A stretch of 61,240 nucleotides of DNA, filler included, from Sphacelaria rigidula (taxonomy: Eukaryota): assembly GCA_964200075.2 (NCBI GenBank). It is 6 parts of 6 records of this genome, joined end to end, with 100 filler letters (N's around TTAATTAATTAA, not from the genome) between each part and the next. Parts side by side here need not be neighbours in the genome. Positions count along the whole stretch, not along the records: positions 20,450 to 30,573 come from CAXNAA020007087.1; positions 30,674 to 40,796 come from CAXNAA020007088.1; 4 more parts are not named here. One strand, written 5' to 3'. The position numbers and the translations under genes were made by a program. Below the pieces are notes generated by a model. The model was not told where the DNA came from, did no database searches, and saw nothing but the letters and a program-made list of their open reading frames with translations. The first letter of the stretch is position 1; each line of letters opens with the position of its first letter. Below, piece by piece: positions 25,383 to 36,840 of this stretch.

Positions 25383-25671
25383 ACAAGTTTTTGTGTGTAC
25401 CCTTGTGCTAGCTCCGGGTATTTTCAGGTCTTAGTGATGCATTTATGCGTATATTGAGTCAAACCATTCACGCTACTTTGAGGGGCATGGCTTTTGTAGG
25501 GCGTTTCCTGACATGACGTGTATCTGCCTTAACCGGCGTCCATGGATTATCTAGATGGAGCACGAGTAGTTGAGGTGAGGGGATTTTCGCTCGGATGGCC
25601 GAGTTTCCCCCTTATGAGGTTTGTTTTTCAGAGAGATAGCCACGACGACTGATGTACCGGTTTAGAGGGGG

Positions 25672-25933
25672 TGTTCGTGTAAACGGGTGTACTGAGTGAA
25701 CATGCACATGTGCGGATAGATTTAAGCTGACGCACGGGTACTGGTGGTCGAGTGCGTGTGACTGCCAGTCCATGCTCCAGGCAGCTGCGTCGCCGCCTCT
25801 TGCCTCCACTCCGCATCTGATCCTGCTATCATAGGATTCACTCCGTCAAGGCACTTTCCAATGATACAAAAGATTAAACTATCTACCGTTCGCCACGGGT
25901 CACGGAATACTCTGTTGGGTCATACCTGCGACA
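25672..25933 (+). mobile_element. Putative 3' LTR of the copia element with upstream polypurine tract
   Basis: PPT AGAGGGGG (25664-25671) is directly followed by TGTTCG. The probable end is ...CCTGCGACA (TG...CA), but it is uncertain because no 5' LTR is present. Confidence 0.6.
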
Positions 25934-27281
25934 GTTTGGTCACCGCCAGAGCTATTTTTTTTCTCTCCGCATGACAAGGTCTCAACAAGTGTTTGATCTC
26001 TCATACATCTCCCAACTGGCGTGTGGCACGCTCTTGCCCTCGTCGCGCATGCACAGGTACACATGACGGGTAAAACCAGGGATGGCATAACACCCCCCAA
26101 GTTGCGGTTGGGTCTGTTATTGCCGCAACACTGTCCTTGTTGTCGGCATGTGTATGAAAGAGAACAGTAGCGGTGACGGGAACATCGCCCTGCGTTTCAA
26201 CGACGTGTTCTGCAGCGCACAGAGGCGCGGCCTGTCCAAAAGGAGAGGCAGAGAGGATTCGATCTTTGCATTGGTCACCGCCACAGATAAGAAGAGACGA
26301 CATCCCTCGGCACCTCGATGCTCTTTGAGGGGCTGTGCAGCACTCTTATTCCGCCTGCCGGCACATGAAAAATTGGGTATGTGCTGCTAACATCATGCCA
26401 CCCTCTCGAGCGATTGGGAACCGCCGAACGGGGACACACAAAAGACACGAACGAGGAGTTTCCTCTCCGCCGTTGCTCCGCCGGTGATTCGTCATCGGCA
26501 CGCGTGTACACCGCAGTCGTTCCGTGCACCTATCCACACCTGCTAAACTGTTACATATTTCTTGGGGTGGAAGATGCCTCCCCTTGGTGTAACTATTTCG
26601 CACCATTCCTACAAAAACTTTCTGCCGTTCTCATTTTAGTGTTCAACCCCATTTTTGAGAATCGGATATTGTATGACACCTCTCATCCACGGACCCTATG
26701 GAAGCAAGGCACCGCACTGCCCTGGCATACACCGGAACAAACACATACATTGAGAGAAAGAAAGATGGGGAAATGTGGAGTATAGAGAAGGAGCCTTCAG
26801 AAGTAAGTTGTGAAGTCCAATCATTCGGAAGAGCAGGGCAGATGCAAATGCACACCAGGGGGTCCCGCAAAACCAGCGATCAAGGACACAATCAACAACC
26901 GATAGGGTCAGCCAGGATCCTCCGGTTGGCGACTCTCGATGCAGCAGCCTCTCGTATGTGACAAAGTTCTGATTCTCGTTGTCTTCGCGTCCCCGCGTGT
27001 CCTCAAACACCTCCGCTCTTTTTTGCTGCAACACAGCATTTGTCCATGTTCTTCGTCACAGTGACCCAATCGTATGCATCGTTGACCTCTTTACCGTAGA
27101 CGAACCATTTCCGCCGCGCTCGTTAGTTTGGAACTGCCCTAAGTGCACCTCGATTCTCCTGGAGTTTTCCTCCTAGTGTTTGGGGGGGGCGGCCAGTCTC
27201 CATGAGCCCTCGTGCAGTTAAACGTCCGTTCATGATGCGTTTGGGAAAGCGCGTTTCTTTTTGCCAGACAATGGCTTCCCC

Positions 27282-27686
27282 GAACCAATGGATGGAATTG
27301 AAACATTATCTTTGAAAGCCTCAAAACGGCCGCGAAAAGCTGAGAGAAAGCACTTTCACCGGCTCCCCAAAAGCATGGAGAAATACAACCCTACAGTTTT
27401 TCAAGGCCCTAGGGAAAATCGCGCAGTACCTACAGTTTTCCATACATCAAAACCCACTTATTTAACGCCACGAAACGTCCCCAGCAACGAAATTTCGATT
27501 CAGAAACACGAAATATGCACGTTTGTTCTCTGAAACACGATTCCCTACATATTTCCGGAGACGTTTGAAAACCTGTTGCACCGTAATTCTTCACGCCGTT
27601 GGGAAGCCGGCGCAAATACCTCCTCTCAGAGTTTCGCAGTCGTTTTGAGTCTGTAAAAAACATATTTTCAATTTCACTCATCGTTC
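27282..27686. mobile_element. Foldback MITE with ~140-bp diverged arms
   Basis: GAACCAATGGATGGAATTGAAAC..CTCAAAACGGCCGCGAAAAGCTGAGAG..CCGGCTCCCCAA aligns with the reverse complement of 27545-27686. No clean TSD. Confidence 0.6.
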
Positions 27687-28109
27687 TAACACAAATAGAC
27701 TGGCCGCATGTGCTTCCCTTAAGCCGACTATGTACAAGAAATGGCGAAATTCCAAAAGCAGGCTCAACCTCACCGTGATGTTGAACCCCGTTTCCGAGGA
27801 GACCCTTTGATTTTTATAAGGTCAATACGTTGCAAAAACAAATTCTGCAACAGTAAATCAACTGCGCCACGGTAGCGCTACCAGTTCAGTGCCCGGCCAT
27901 ATCAAGGGCCATCGAGTTAGTTGCTATTTGCTATAAAGTACGTGAAACGAGTATGATGCTTGCAAGTTTCCAGATATCTCACAAAGGTCGACGGAACTTG
28001 CGGGAAGATTGTCTTCGCTCTCCATCGGTAGCAGCAAACACAGGGGGGGACAGCGTGTTGGTGCTCAGGCTCCCCTTTCGGCCGTTCGGGCTGCACGGTA
28101 TGCATATAC

Positions 28110-28300
28110 CCTTTCTCCTGCTGATCCCGGGACCTGGTACCGACCCTTCCAGGAAGTCCGCCCCAGCATCCTTGATGGTGCGGTCGTTGTCTCTGCAGTT
28201 GTTATCGCCATGTCGTTCATCTTCCACAAAACTTAGGATGGCGCGTTCGTTTTGTACCTGCTGCGTGTTCACCGTAAATCGGTGCTCAGGCACGTCGTAT
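28110..28300 (-). CDS. Possible exon of an unidentified gene
   Basis: Acceptor ttttcatcag|, open frame YDVPEHRFTVNTQQVQNERAILSFVEDERHG..., donors at cag|gtacaa or agg|gtatat. Further acceptor-led open segments near 27025 and 26232 on the same strand. No recognisable domain. Confidence 0.3.
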
Positions 28301-29477
28301 CTGATGAAAAACGTGGTAGTATGTGGTGTGCGTGCAGGTACCGGTGTTGGGCAAAAAGCGAGGCAATTGATGCGAGATATTGGTTGATTCGACTGATCGT
28401 CGCACCTTAGCTGATTCCTCGGAGATCCAGCCGTGGTCACATGATAGATGTATGCTACCCAAGATAAATGGAAAACGGAAACACTCATTGAACAAAAGTG
28501 AAGAGAACGGAAAGGTAGAACAGACAGAGTGAAGTGAGAAAAGAAGAAAAAAATGGAAAGAACAAAACCAAACATGGAGTAAAGAATAGAGAAAATATAT
28601 AAACTTCCGACTTCGGCAACATGGCTTCGGTGGAGAATGGTATTGTGCAAATACCGCACTCAAGAAGATGTTCGTGAGATCAGGAACGGGATAATAAATA
28701 CGAAATGAGTTTGAAATACTAACTTTACATATGACCGCCGATCAATTTCAGGGAGGCAGCACTGGGTCGATGAAGATTTGTGCTGTAGACGTCGATTTTT
28801 TTCACTGAAAGTTTGCGAACTGAAGAGGGAGATATGATGCTGTTCCAACGGCGGTTGGGATTAACAGCACTGCCAAACCAAGAGAAAAAGATAATGTTTT
28901 TTTCTCTCTTCGTGTACTACACTATAGACCTCTGTGTGCTGCCATCGGTGAGCGTTGGGGCGTGGAGCGCAAGGTAGAAGCCAGCAGAGAACATCTGTAC
29001 AACCAGAAGAGCCCTGGGCGTTTGCAGATAGATGTGCCCGAAATTATCCCTACCCCTCTCCAACATGCACAATGACCCACGGCGGTCGGGATCTTCATAT
29101 GCAATCGTTTGATGCAAAAACACGGTATGTACTGCGCGTGGTGCTACAGTAGGGGTGCACAAATATTTTTTGAGGTTTGAGTTGTTAGGACGCTTCTTAT
29201 GGACTGAACGAAGTCACTGAAAAAGGTACGGGCGGACGACTCTTCTCAGTGAAGTTTTTCAGAAAAGTCAGTTTTCAGAGCCTATATATACATATATATA
29301 TATATTTATCGTTTGAAAAAATCCAGGGAGTTTGTGCACCCAAGGCCATCATCTATTTAATAGCCTGCGTGCAGATGGTGGAAGTGGTCATCATTTGCAT
29401 GTTGTGCTTGCTGCCACCTGCGGGAAACTATACTCAATCTCGCCCACGTACAGGATATTATATGGTATGGAAAACAC

Positions 29478-29540
29478 AACAAACAACACACAACACACAA
29501 CACACAACACACAACACACACACGCACGCACACACGCATA
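29478..29540. repeat. CA-rich (CACAACA/CA) microsatellite
   Basis: Seen directly in the sequence. Confidence 0.85.
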
Positions 29541-30573
29541 CAGTAGCTACTGGTATAATAGAGATCGGAATGATAGGTGTATCAACGCTTATTTCAGCCG
29601 ACCGCCGCTTGGTATAGTAGTAGTGTCGTAAGCGATGTAGTGTGCAGCAGTTCGGTTTGTGCCATACCGCACACAACAAACTCACGTAGCAGTCAGTCGT
29701 GCGGTAGCAACCGTTTCAGTACACAGAACACCACATAATTCACAGTCAGTGGCGGGCAGGACGAGCATGAAACGATACGAGCATTCAACACAGCCAGCAC
29801 GGGCGACATCGTGGTATTTTACAGTAATCACGCTGCGCACGAAAAATACTGTACTGCACTGTCTGCTCCTGGTCCTACGGCCATGAAGAGGATGCACGGA
29901 GTGCTGCAGCAGCTATGCTGTTGCTACGGTACCGTACATACAACGTACATAGCCACTTTTGCACTGACTGTATTACACTTGTATACGAGGAGTGTGTGAT
30001 GGAGCACTGATTGTACCATTGCGGGTGCGGTGTGCGAGGAGTGTGTGATGGAACGTCGCTTTCCAGACAGAGAAAGGTCTGTGGGAGCTGACGGCTTTTC
30101 TTCGACCATTTTGTATGGCAGTCACAACAACGGATCTGTACGCAGATCGGGGGACTTCAAATCGGGAAACGCCTTGTATGGACCCCAATTAGGCCCAAAT
30201 CGGGGAAGCTTAGATTCGTATGTCACGATTTGAGAACGGTTTTCCCCGAATCTGAGCGCAGATCGGGGGAATATCGAGGTCCCCCGAATCTGTAGGAAGT
30301 GGCGTAGGTACGTTGACGCACGATGATAGGGCAACAGGCGTTTCACATTTTTGCGACAACAGCAGCAGACAGTCTCGCAACATCACAGGCTGTGCCTGCC
30401 AGTGCCAGCTGCTGGAGCAGCTTCCCACGGGGTTTGACAAGCGGAAAAAGAAGTAACAGGGGATTCTATAAATGGGGTTGATCAATGAAATGAGGCTTGA
30501 GGAGGCTAGCCAGTATGCGACAAAAACCCGAGAGAAGTACCGTCCGCAAGTGCCTTCGATCGATACCGGGGGG

Positions 30574-30673
30574 NNNNNNNNNNNNNNNNNNNNNNNNNNN
30601 NNNNNNNNNNNNNNNNNTTAATTAATTAANNNNNNNNNNNNNNNNNNNNNNNNNNNNNNNNNNNNNNNNNNNN
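30574..30673. other. Artificial contig spacer
   Basis: N44-TTAATTAATTAA-N44. Confidence 0.97.
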
Positions 30674-31030
30674 GGGTGTGCCTGATGAGCACCGTGTTGA
30701 CCCAACCCTACCACCTCACCACAACCTTAGCCAAGGGTGGCAGTGAGAAGGAATCACTCCTTCAAGGCGATTCCGGCCCTATACCCGCCGAAAATATCCT
30801 CCCCATGCCGTACCGACAAGACCGGTTATGGCCTTCGTTGGAGGACGGGGAACGGAGCAACAAATACTCTACTCAAAGTTTGAGTAGGTCTGCTCCAAGG
30901 GTCAACTAGCCTCTTGTTACATACCACAACCCAAAGTGTCGTGGAACAATTCGAAAGGTCCCTGTTAGCGCGGTTCGAATTGGTCGCTCTCATTTGGATC
31001 TTCGACTCTCAATTTCACGAAAACACTGTG

Positions 31031-31771
31031 GTAGTGCCCATGCGAGGCGCTTCATCCAGTCTAAACCAGCTATCACGCCTTGTATGGCCACTGTTGCCGT
31101 TTCTGTGTTGAGAACCGGTTTCACGGTGCTGCTGTCGAACAATACTACTCTAGTGCGACGCGCTTGCAAAATCCGAGCCGTTTCTATAAATAACTTTAGA
31201 GCCCGCATCAGCTGTAGTTTGAATATCCTTCCTGACCGTCCCATTGATCCAACGACGGAAAGCGCTGGCACCCTCCCCCTTACATAGGATTTGTGACAAC
31301 TGTGGGGGTATTTGGGGAACATCGCTCGGAATGAAACATGTAGAATAGTATTCAGTGGTATCGTAGTACATCTTTCCCTGTTCAAAATCGAAATTTCCTT
31401 GCTTGAACGCTTTATACCCGTTACAGTGGACGACTGCTTTCCAAGAGACCCATCCATTATTTCAGGACTTCTCCTGGGGTCTAATCCTAACCCTGAGGTT
31501 GTCACAAATCCTATCTAAGGGGGAGGCTGCCAGTGCTTTCCATCGCTGGATCAGACCCCGTTTGGGACCGTCAGGAAGGATATTAAAACCATAGCTGATG
31601 CGGGTTCTGAATTTGAAGAAACGGCTCGAATTTTGCAAGCGCGTTGCACTACAGTAGTATTGCTCGACAGCCTCACTGCGAAACCGGTTCTCAACACAGT
31701 CACGGCGGAAGTGGCCATACAAGGCGTGATAGCTGTTTCAGACTGGATGAAGCGCCTCGCATGGGCACTAC
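31031..31771. repeat. Long inverted repeat: ~270-bp arms (31031-31300, 31498-31771), ~200-bp spacer
   Basis: GTAGTGCCCATGCGAGGCGCTTCATCCAGTCT...ATAGGATTTGTGACAAC versus GTTGTCACAAATCCTAT...AGACTGGATGAAGCGCCTCGCATGGGCACTAC. Confidence 0.9.
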
Positions 31772-33837
31772 TGGCGAAACAACCCCAAGCGTGGGACCAA
31801 CCCTTACTCCCGTTGTGTGTGTCTGCAGCTTTATCGTGGGGCATCCATTTTATCCAACTGACGACTGTACTGTAGTGATGATGTATTCTGGTGTGCTGGT
31901 ATATCTCAGCAGACTGCTGAATGATGCTGCGTTTCAAAGTTCGCTGCCGTGTGTCACTGCGTTGAATCGTTTCGCTGACGGCGGTCGTCGCCGGCGCAAT
32001 AGTATGGAGTCTCTCTCAGATACTCAACAAGAGACGCTCGAAAACTCGATGACTAGTCTAAAGAAGTGCGCTTCCAGCATGCTTTGTTACGTGTTCCGTA
32101 GCGCTTAGATGCAGGTCCTGCTAAAACGGTGCCGCACAATCAATGACGGCGGTTTTTCTGTTGGACTGCTCATCATCATACTTGCGCTGCCGTGCACGAA
32201 CTTCTGGGTTAGGGTTACATGGTCGAAACCGGTTGCGAATCCCGAGCTTATTGGACAGAACAAATGAAATTTCGATGGTCCGTTGAACCTCAAAAACGAA
32301 TCCAGGTTGTTATGCGTGCTTGTTGGTCCGGACGTGAACCACTTTGCGCTCTTATCCCCGCGCGCTGCCAGCCTTGGCTTGTTTGCATCCTCCTCTCCTC
32401 ACGAAGAACCCGCTGCTGCATATTACAGATGAATGGTTTTCGAATCTCTCACCGCTTTGAATGGGATTTGGATGTCATCCGAGAGTTCCCAAAAAACAAT
32501 CTAAGACCCTATGCCCCAATTTTGAATCCCTGAGTCTTTCGGGGGTGGGGGTTGGTGGTGCTACTAAATCCCATACATTGAAATAAATAATTAAAGCATA
32601 AAAAGTATATATATATATATTATTTTTTGTCGATGAAGCCATAATTCTTGGCATACCTTCGGAGCCAAGTAAGGCCAAGTAATATATATATATATATATG
32701 GGTTTCGGCAATACATTGTACATCACACTTCCACGACATGAATAAGACCAGACAAATAGCACAATGCTCTGCAATGCTTGCTAAATCAAGCCAAACGTAT
32801 CTATCTGCACCGTCAATGTGCGTCCAATGTGCGTCGCATCTTGTGGTGGTAGATAGGGCCAACAATCATGGGCGCTACCTCACCCAAGTCGCTCCCAAAT
32901 GTGTAATATGGATAGGTATGGACATAACTCCACACACCTTTCTTGATAGATCAATCCACTGCATGCTTGGTAAGATGCACAAGGTGCAATATGTCCGAGT
33001 AGAACAAGCTGCAGATATGTGTGTTCACACACAGAATCACGCGACTGTTGGTTAACTGTAGCAAACAGACAAAAGGAAATCAAAGGCTTGATGTCTTGTA
33101 ACTCTCACTTATTATTCCCTTGCTCCCCTAGCACACTGTTCTCACCAAAGGTAAACAGAAGAAGCAGATGTCCGGCTCGAAGGGCAGCTCAAGAGTGAGC
33201 GAGGGTGCACGAGGTACATGCAACGCAACCTATCTGAACTCGACCCGAGAAGGCGTGTTACCTTCTCGGGGCTAGGGTACACCAGCCTGTACACTAACCT
33301 TCCCCAGCTAGGGTACATCCGTTTGCACACCAACCTTCCCCAGAGCTACGGGAGTATTCCCATGAACAGATCGAATGATCTGTGAGCCAACCTGCCCCAA
33401 AATTGTCTGTAGGAACAAATAACGCCTCTCTATCTTCCTTCCTCATGACAAATGGCTATTTATTGAGTTTTTCTTGATGTGAAAAAAATATATATACGAC
33501 CGCCGAAGGGGGAGGGGGGGTCTACATAGGGTCTGGGAGTTTTTGGGGGAGGGCACTCCTGTGTCATTTAGAACTTCTAACTCCTCAATGTGATGGATCA
33601 TATTTACTACAATTTTCCACATTTTTGAAAAAAAGGCAAGCCAAATAACGCGACTTTCTCACCTCCGGCGGCGCTCCCGCGGGGTCCCCTCACCAGCCGG
33701 GGGGGGGGCGTTCTCGCCGCCGATTGCTTTCCAATTAATCGGCCTCGCCGATTAACTGGAAAACAAACGATGTACTGCCCGTTGGCGCGGCCGGCTTAAA
33801 CTTGACTGCCCAGAGCAGCCAGTTCACAACCATATAG

Positions 33838-33987
33838 AATTGTTTTCGAGTCGAAAACGTACGGTGGAATCGAATTTGGTCGTACCTGGTACGTCCACGG
33901 CATTCATGTTATCAACCATCTGAGAAAATAAATAGTGTGGACGAATCAGAAACGAGCGAACTCGATTCGACCGCACGTTTTCGACAC
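33838..33987. mobile_element. ~150-bp MITE (copy of 12340-12487)
   Basis: Colinear similarity and inverted ends. Confidence 0.7.
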
Positions 33988-34383
33988 ACATACAGGCAAA
34001 CCCTTAAGGCTGTCTCATCGAAACCGAAGCAAGAAGCAGGAAGAGGAACCCGCCCCCCCAAAACAGCATGTATGTTCATTGATCGCCGGGCGGGTCTATG
34101 GTTGCAGCGACTAATCAACATGCTACTTCTGGACGCTTGTTCCTCTTCGTTCTTACTTTCTTTTTCGCAGATATGACACGGCCTACGGCCTACGCCGCAA
34201 CCGCAGACCTGCCTGACGGTCAACCAACTTGTCTGTATAAGACATGACCTAAACCTTTGACCGCCAAGGTAGGTCATCTGGATCTCACAGTGATGTTTCG
34301 AGTGAAAATGATGCTGATTCAACAAATAATCACCTACGCCGCAGGTCAAGGAGCTGAGCTGAGCCATTACACATTTATCGTTT

Positions 34384-34604
34384 TGTGATTCGTGGGAGGA
34401 CCGCGTGCTTTTTGGACTGCATCGAAATTTTCTTCACGTTGAAACACCCCTAGAGTTAGGGTTAGGGCTAGGTTCGGTGTTAAGGTGGGGGTCAGGGGCG
34501 CGGTCCCTACAGGAACTGGCCTAACCGGTCTTGAAATACGTCGATCCTGGACTGTTCAAATCCCGATGCGGTCCAAAAAGCACGCGGTCCTCCCACGCAT
34601 TACA
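34384..34604. mobile_element. MITE with ~35-bp TIRs and internal TTAGGG-like repeats
   Basis: CGTGGGAGGACCGCGTGCTTTTTGGACTGCATCG / CGATGCGGTCCAAAAAGCACGCGGTCCTCCCACG, with internal GTTAGGGTTAGGGCTAGG at 34454-34471. Confidence 0.8.
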
Positions 34605-35754
34605 GTATAATTATGTAAAAAATGGTTGAAGAACTTGAGTATCGATTTTTCATGATTTGATGAAGCCCTGATCCTGCTGACCCTAGCCCCAGCCAAGGTG
34701 TACCGAGAACAGGGGGTGCAAAGGGTGAATTAAGCACAGTGTGCGCTGGTAGACCTTATACGAGCGCCGATTTGGAAAAAAACGCGCTCTGCGCAAGCGA
34801 GAAGTACGTGGAACGGTCAGCCCCACCAAATATATCTCATATCGGTGCTGATATTAAAATCAAGTACATAAAGCTGCCATACATGTTTCACGACAAATCC
34901 GTGAGCTCTACTGGAGCCCAGACAGCTACCGAAATATGACAGCCGCGGATGATTGTCGCCGGGTTCGCGTTAAGAGTGTTCAATACTACCTCTGTCCCGT
35001 ATTGTAAGCAAGGTTCCGATGTCCAGAATGTAAGGACGGTTTGTGTTACATAGTCAAAAACAGACCATTTGGGCACTGTCGACGGTGGAACAGTTTTTGT
35101 ATATGATCAGGTAACACATTGAAATAATGAAAAACACACACAGAGACAGGGATGGTGCACTATCATCCCCTGATCCGGGAGATTTCCGGCTTCTTTGTAC
35201 CCCATCGGAAGGATACAGAGGCTCAGATGCAAGTTTGATGATGATCTGGAGTACTCAGTATGACTCCGTATTGAATAAGGACATTAAAATTGATGAAAAA
35301 AAAACACACACACGCATAATGGGAGGGGATTGTTCATTGTCATCCCCGTATTGGGGAAGCCGTGGGCATCCGCATCAACCCACTGGTTTTACGGAGCAGC
35401 CGCCCCGTCCACACAGCAGCGGCCGACTTTTCGACGCAGCGGTCGCTTTTGCCACACGTCACCAATCCAATCTTTACTCCCGTACAAAGAACCGGACCTT
35501 TTTACGCAGGAGGCGCCCCTTGCCCCCCAGCAGCCGACCCCCTTCACGGAGTACTCCGTGTACAGCAGTCACTCTCTCCTACTCGGACCACCTGCGCAGC
35601 TACGTACAGCAGTTGTCCCTCTCTTCTACGGAGTACGCAGTATACAGCAGTCACTCTCCTCTAAGCAGCATACAACAGCCACTCTTTTCCTACGCAGCAG
35701 TCGCTCCTTCCCCCCCTGCCGCCGCTGCTTGCCCCCCTGCCGCCGCTTCCTTCT

Positions 35755-36439
35755 TCCCTCCATGAGTGAGATACGGCTTCAGTGCGTTCGAGTGTGCTCT
35801 AAGCCCAAGCTCCTTGAGGTTTTTGAACACAGTGGACTTCGGAACACCGAACGCCCTGGCCAGGCGGCGGGTTGTCGTGCGCTGGTTCAGCGGCACATCA
35901 CGGAGGCGCGTCTGTAGTTCCGCGACATCGACAGGTATCCCCTTTCGGTCGCAGCTCCCCTTTCGGCAGCTTACCAGCTTCGGATTCTCGACTCCCGCAG
36001 TACGCTGGTTTTCATCGTCTATCAATATCTTCTTAATTGACTCCCAATGATATTCGTACCTTGACGCGGCTTCGGTGTGCGCTCCTCTCTTCAAGACACC
36101 ATCTTTGCTGCCTGAGAAGAGGTACCGGATCAGCGCATCTCTCTCCGAACTGCTGAAATTCTTGCGTTTCGCCCCCTGAGAGGCACCCCCAGCAGCAGAC
36201 ATGTTCCACTCCGACAGGAATGCTCTTCACCGGGGCTGCAAAGTTGGGGCGGTGATATCGAGCGACTGCTGCTGGGGTGGAAGCGACTCTTTTGGTGGGG
36301 CCTCGAAAAGAGGCTGGCTTGGTGTGTTGTACAGCAGCGCGGTTCCTCTGAAGAAAAAAGCCGTTCGGGAAAAGAAACGATGGGCCCGAGTTATGCCGTT
36401 ATTTGTTCGAATCTCGCTCACATGACGGGACAGGGGGAG
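35755..36439 (-). mobile_element. Truncated DD39D (plant-mariner/Stowaway-type) Tc1/mariner element: 5' TIR plus transposase N-terminus (ORF 36202-35690)
   Basis: TA|CTCCCCCTGTCCCGTC at 36441-36424 resembles the Stowaway/DD39D TIR CTCCCTCCGTCCC. The ORF ...SKDGVLKRGA..AASRY..SCRKGSCDRK..VPLNQRTTTRRLARAFGVPKSTVFKNLKELGLRAHSNALKPYLT is the DNA-binding region of this clade. It breaks off before the DDD domain and no second TIR was seen. Confidence 0.78.
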
Positions 36440-36728
36440 TATATAATGGCTCATCTACGCAATGGTCAAATGTCCGCTTGTGGAACAACAGGCTGGAGGT
36501 TAGAGCCTCCAGGCGCTCGATTTTTGATGGAATTTGACATGTGCAGTGGGGCTTGCGAGGGGCGGGGAGCCTCGGAGATCACACATGTGTCATGCCGGGA
36601 TGAACCCTACACTCAGGAAGCGAACAGTTTAACGATTGACCTATATTATTTGGCGCTCACTGCTTCAATGGGTAAACTGATCGTTTCTTGAACGTAGATC
36701 CCATCTCCACGAGGGAGATACAAGGAGA

Positions 36729-36840
36729 GAAGGGCAAGCGTCGAAAAGCAGATTTTGATTGGTCGTCGCAACCAGAGGTCCGTCGCTACGATTGCGGCGA
36801 CCAATCAAACTGCTGCTTTTCGACGCTTGCTTTGCCCTTC
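36729..36840. repeat. ~110-bp hairpin with opposed ATTGG/CCAAT motifs
   Basis: GAAGGGCAAGCGTCGAAAAGCAGATTTTGATTGGTCGTCGCAA pairs with TTGCGGCGACCAATCAAACTGCTGCTTTTCGACGCTTGCTTTGCCCTTC. Confidence 0.8.

Noticed and set aside
30680..30800. Hammerhead ribozyme core CTGATGAG (also at 47535 on the minus strand)
   Set aside because: No stem II closed by GAAA. The 47535 hit is coding sequence (L-M-S) of the JmjC exon.
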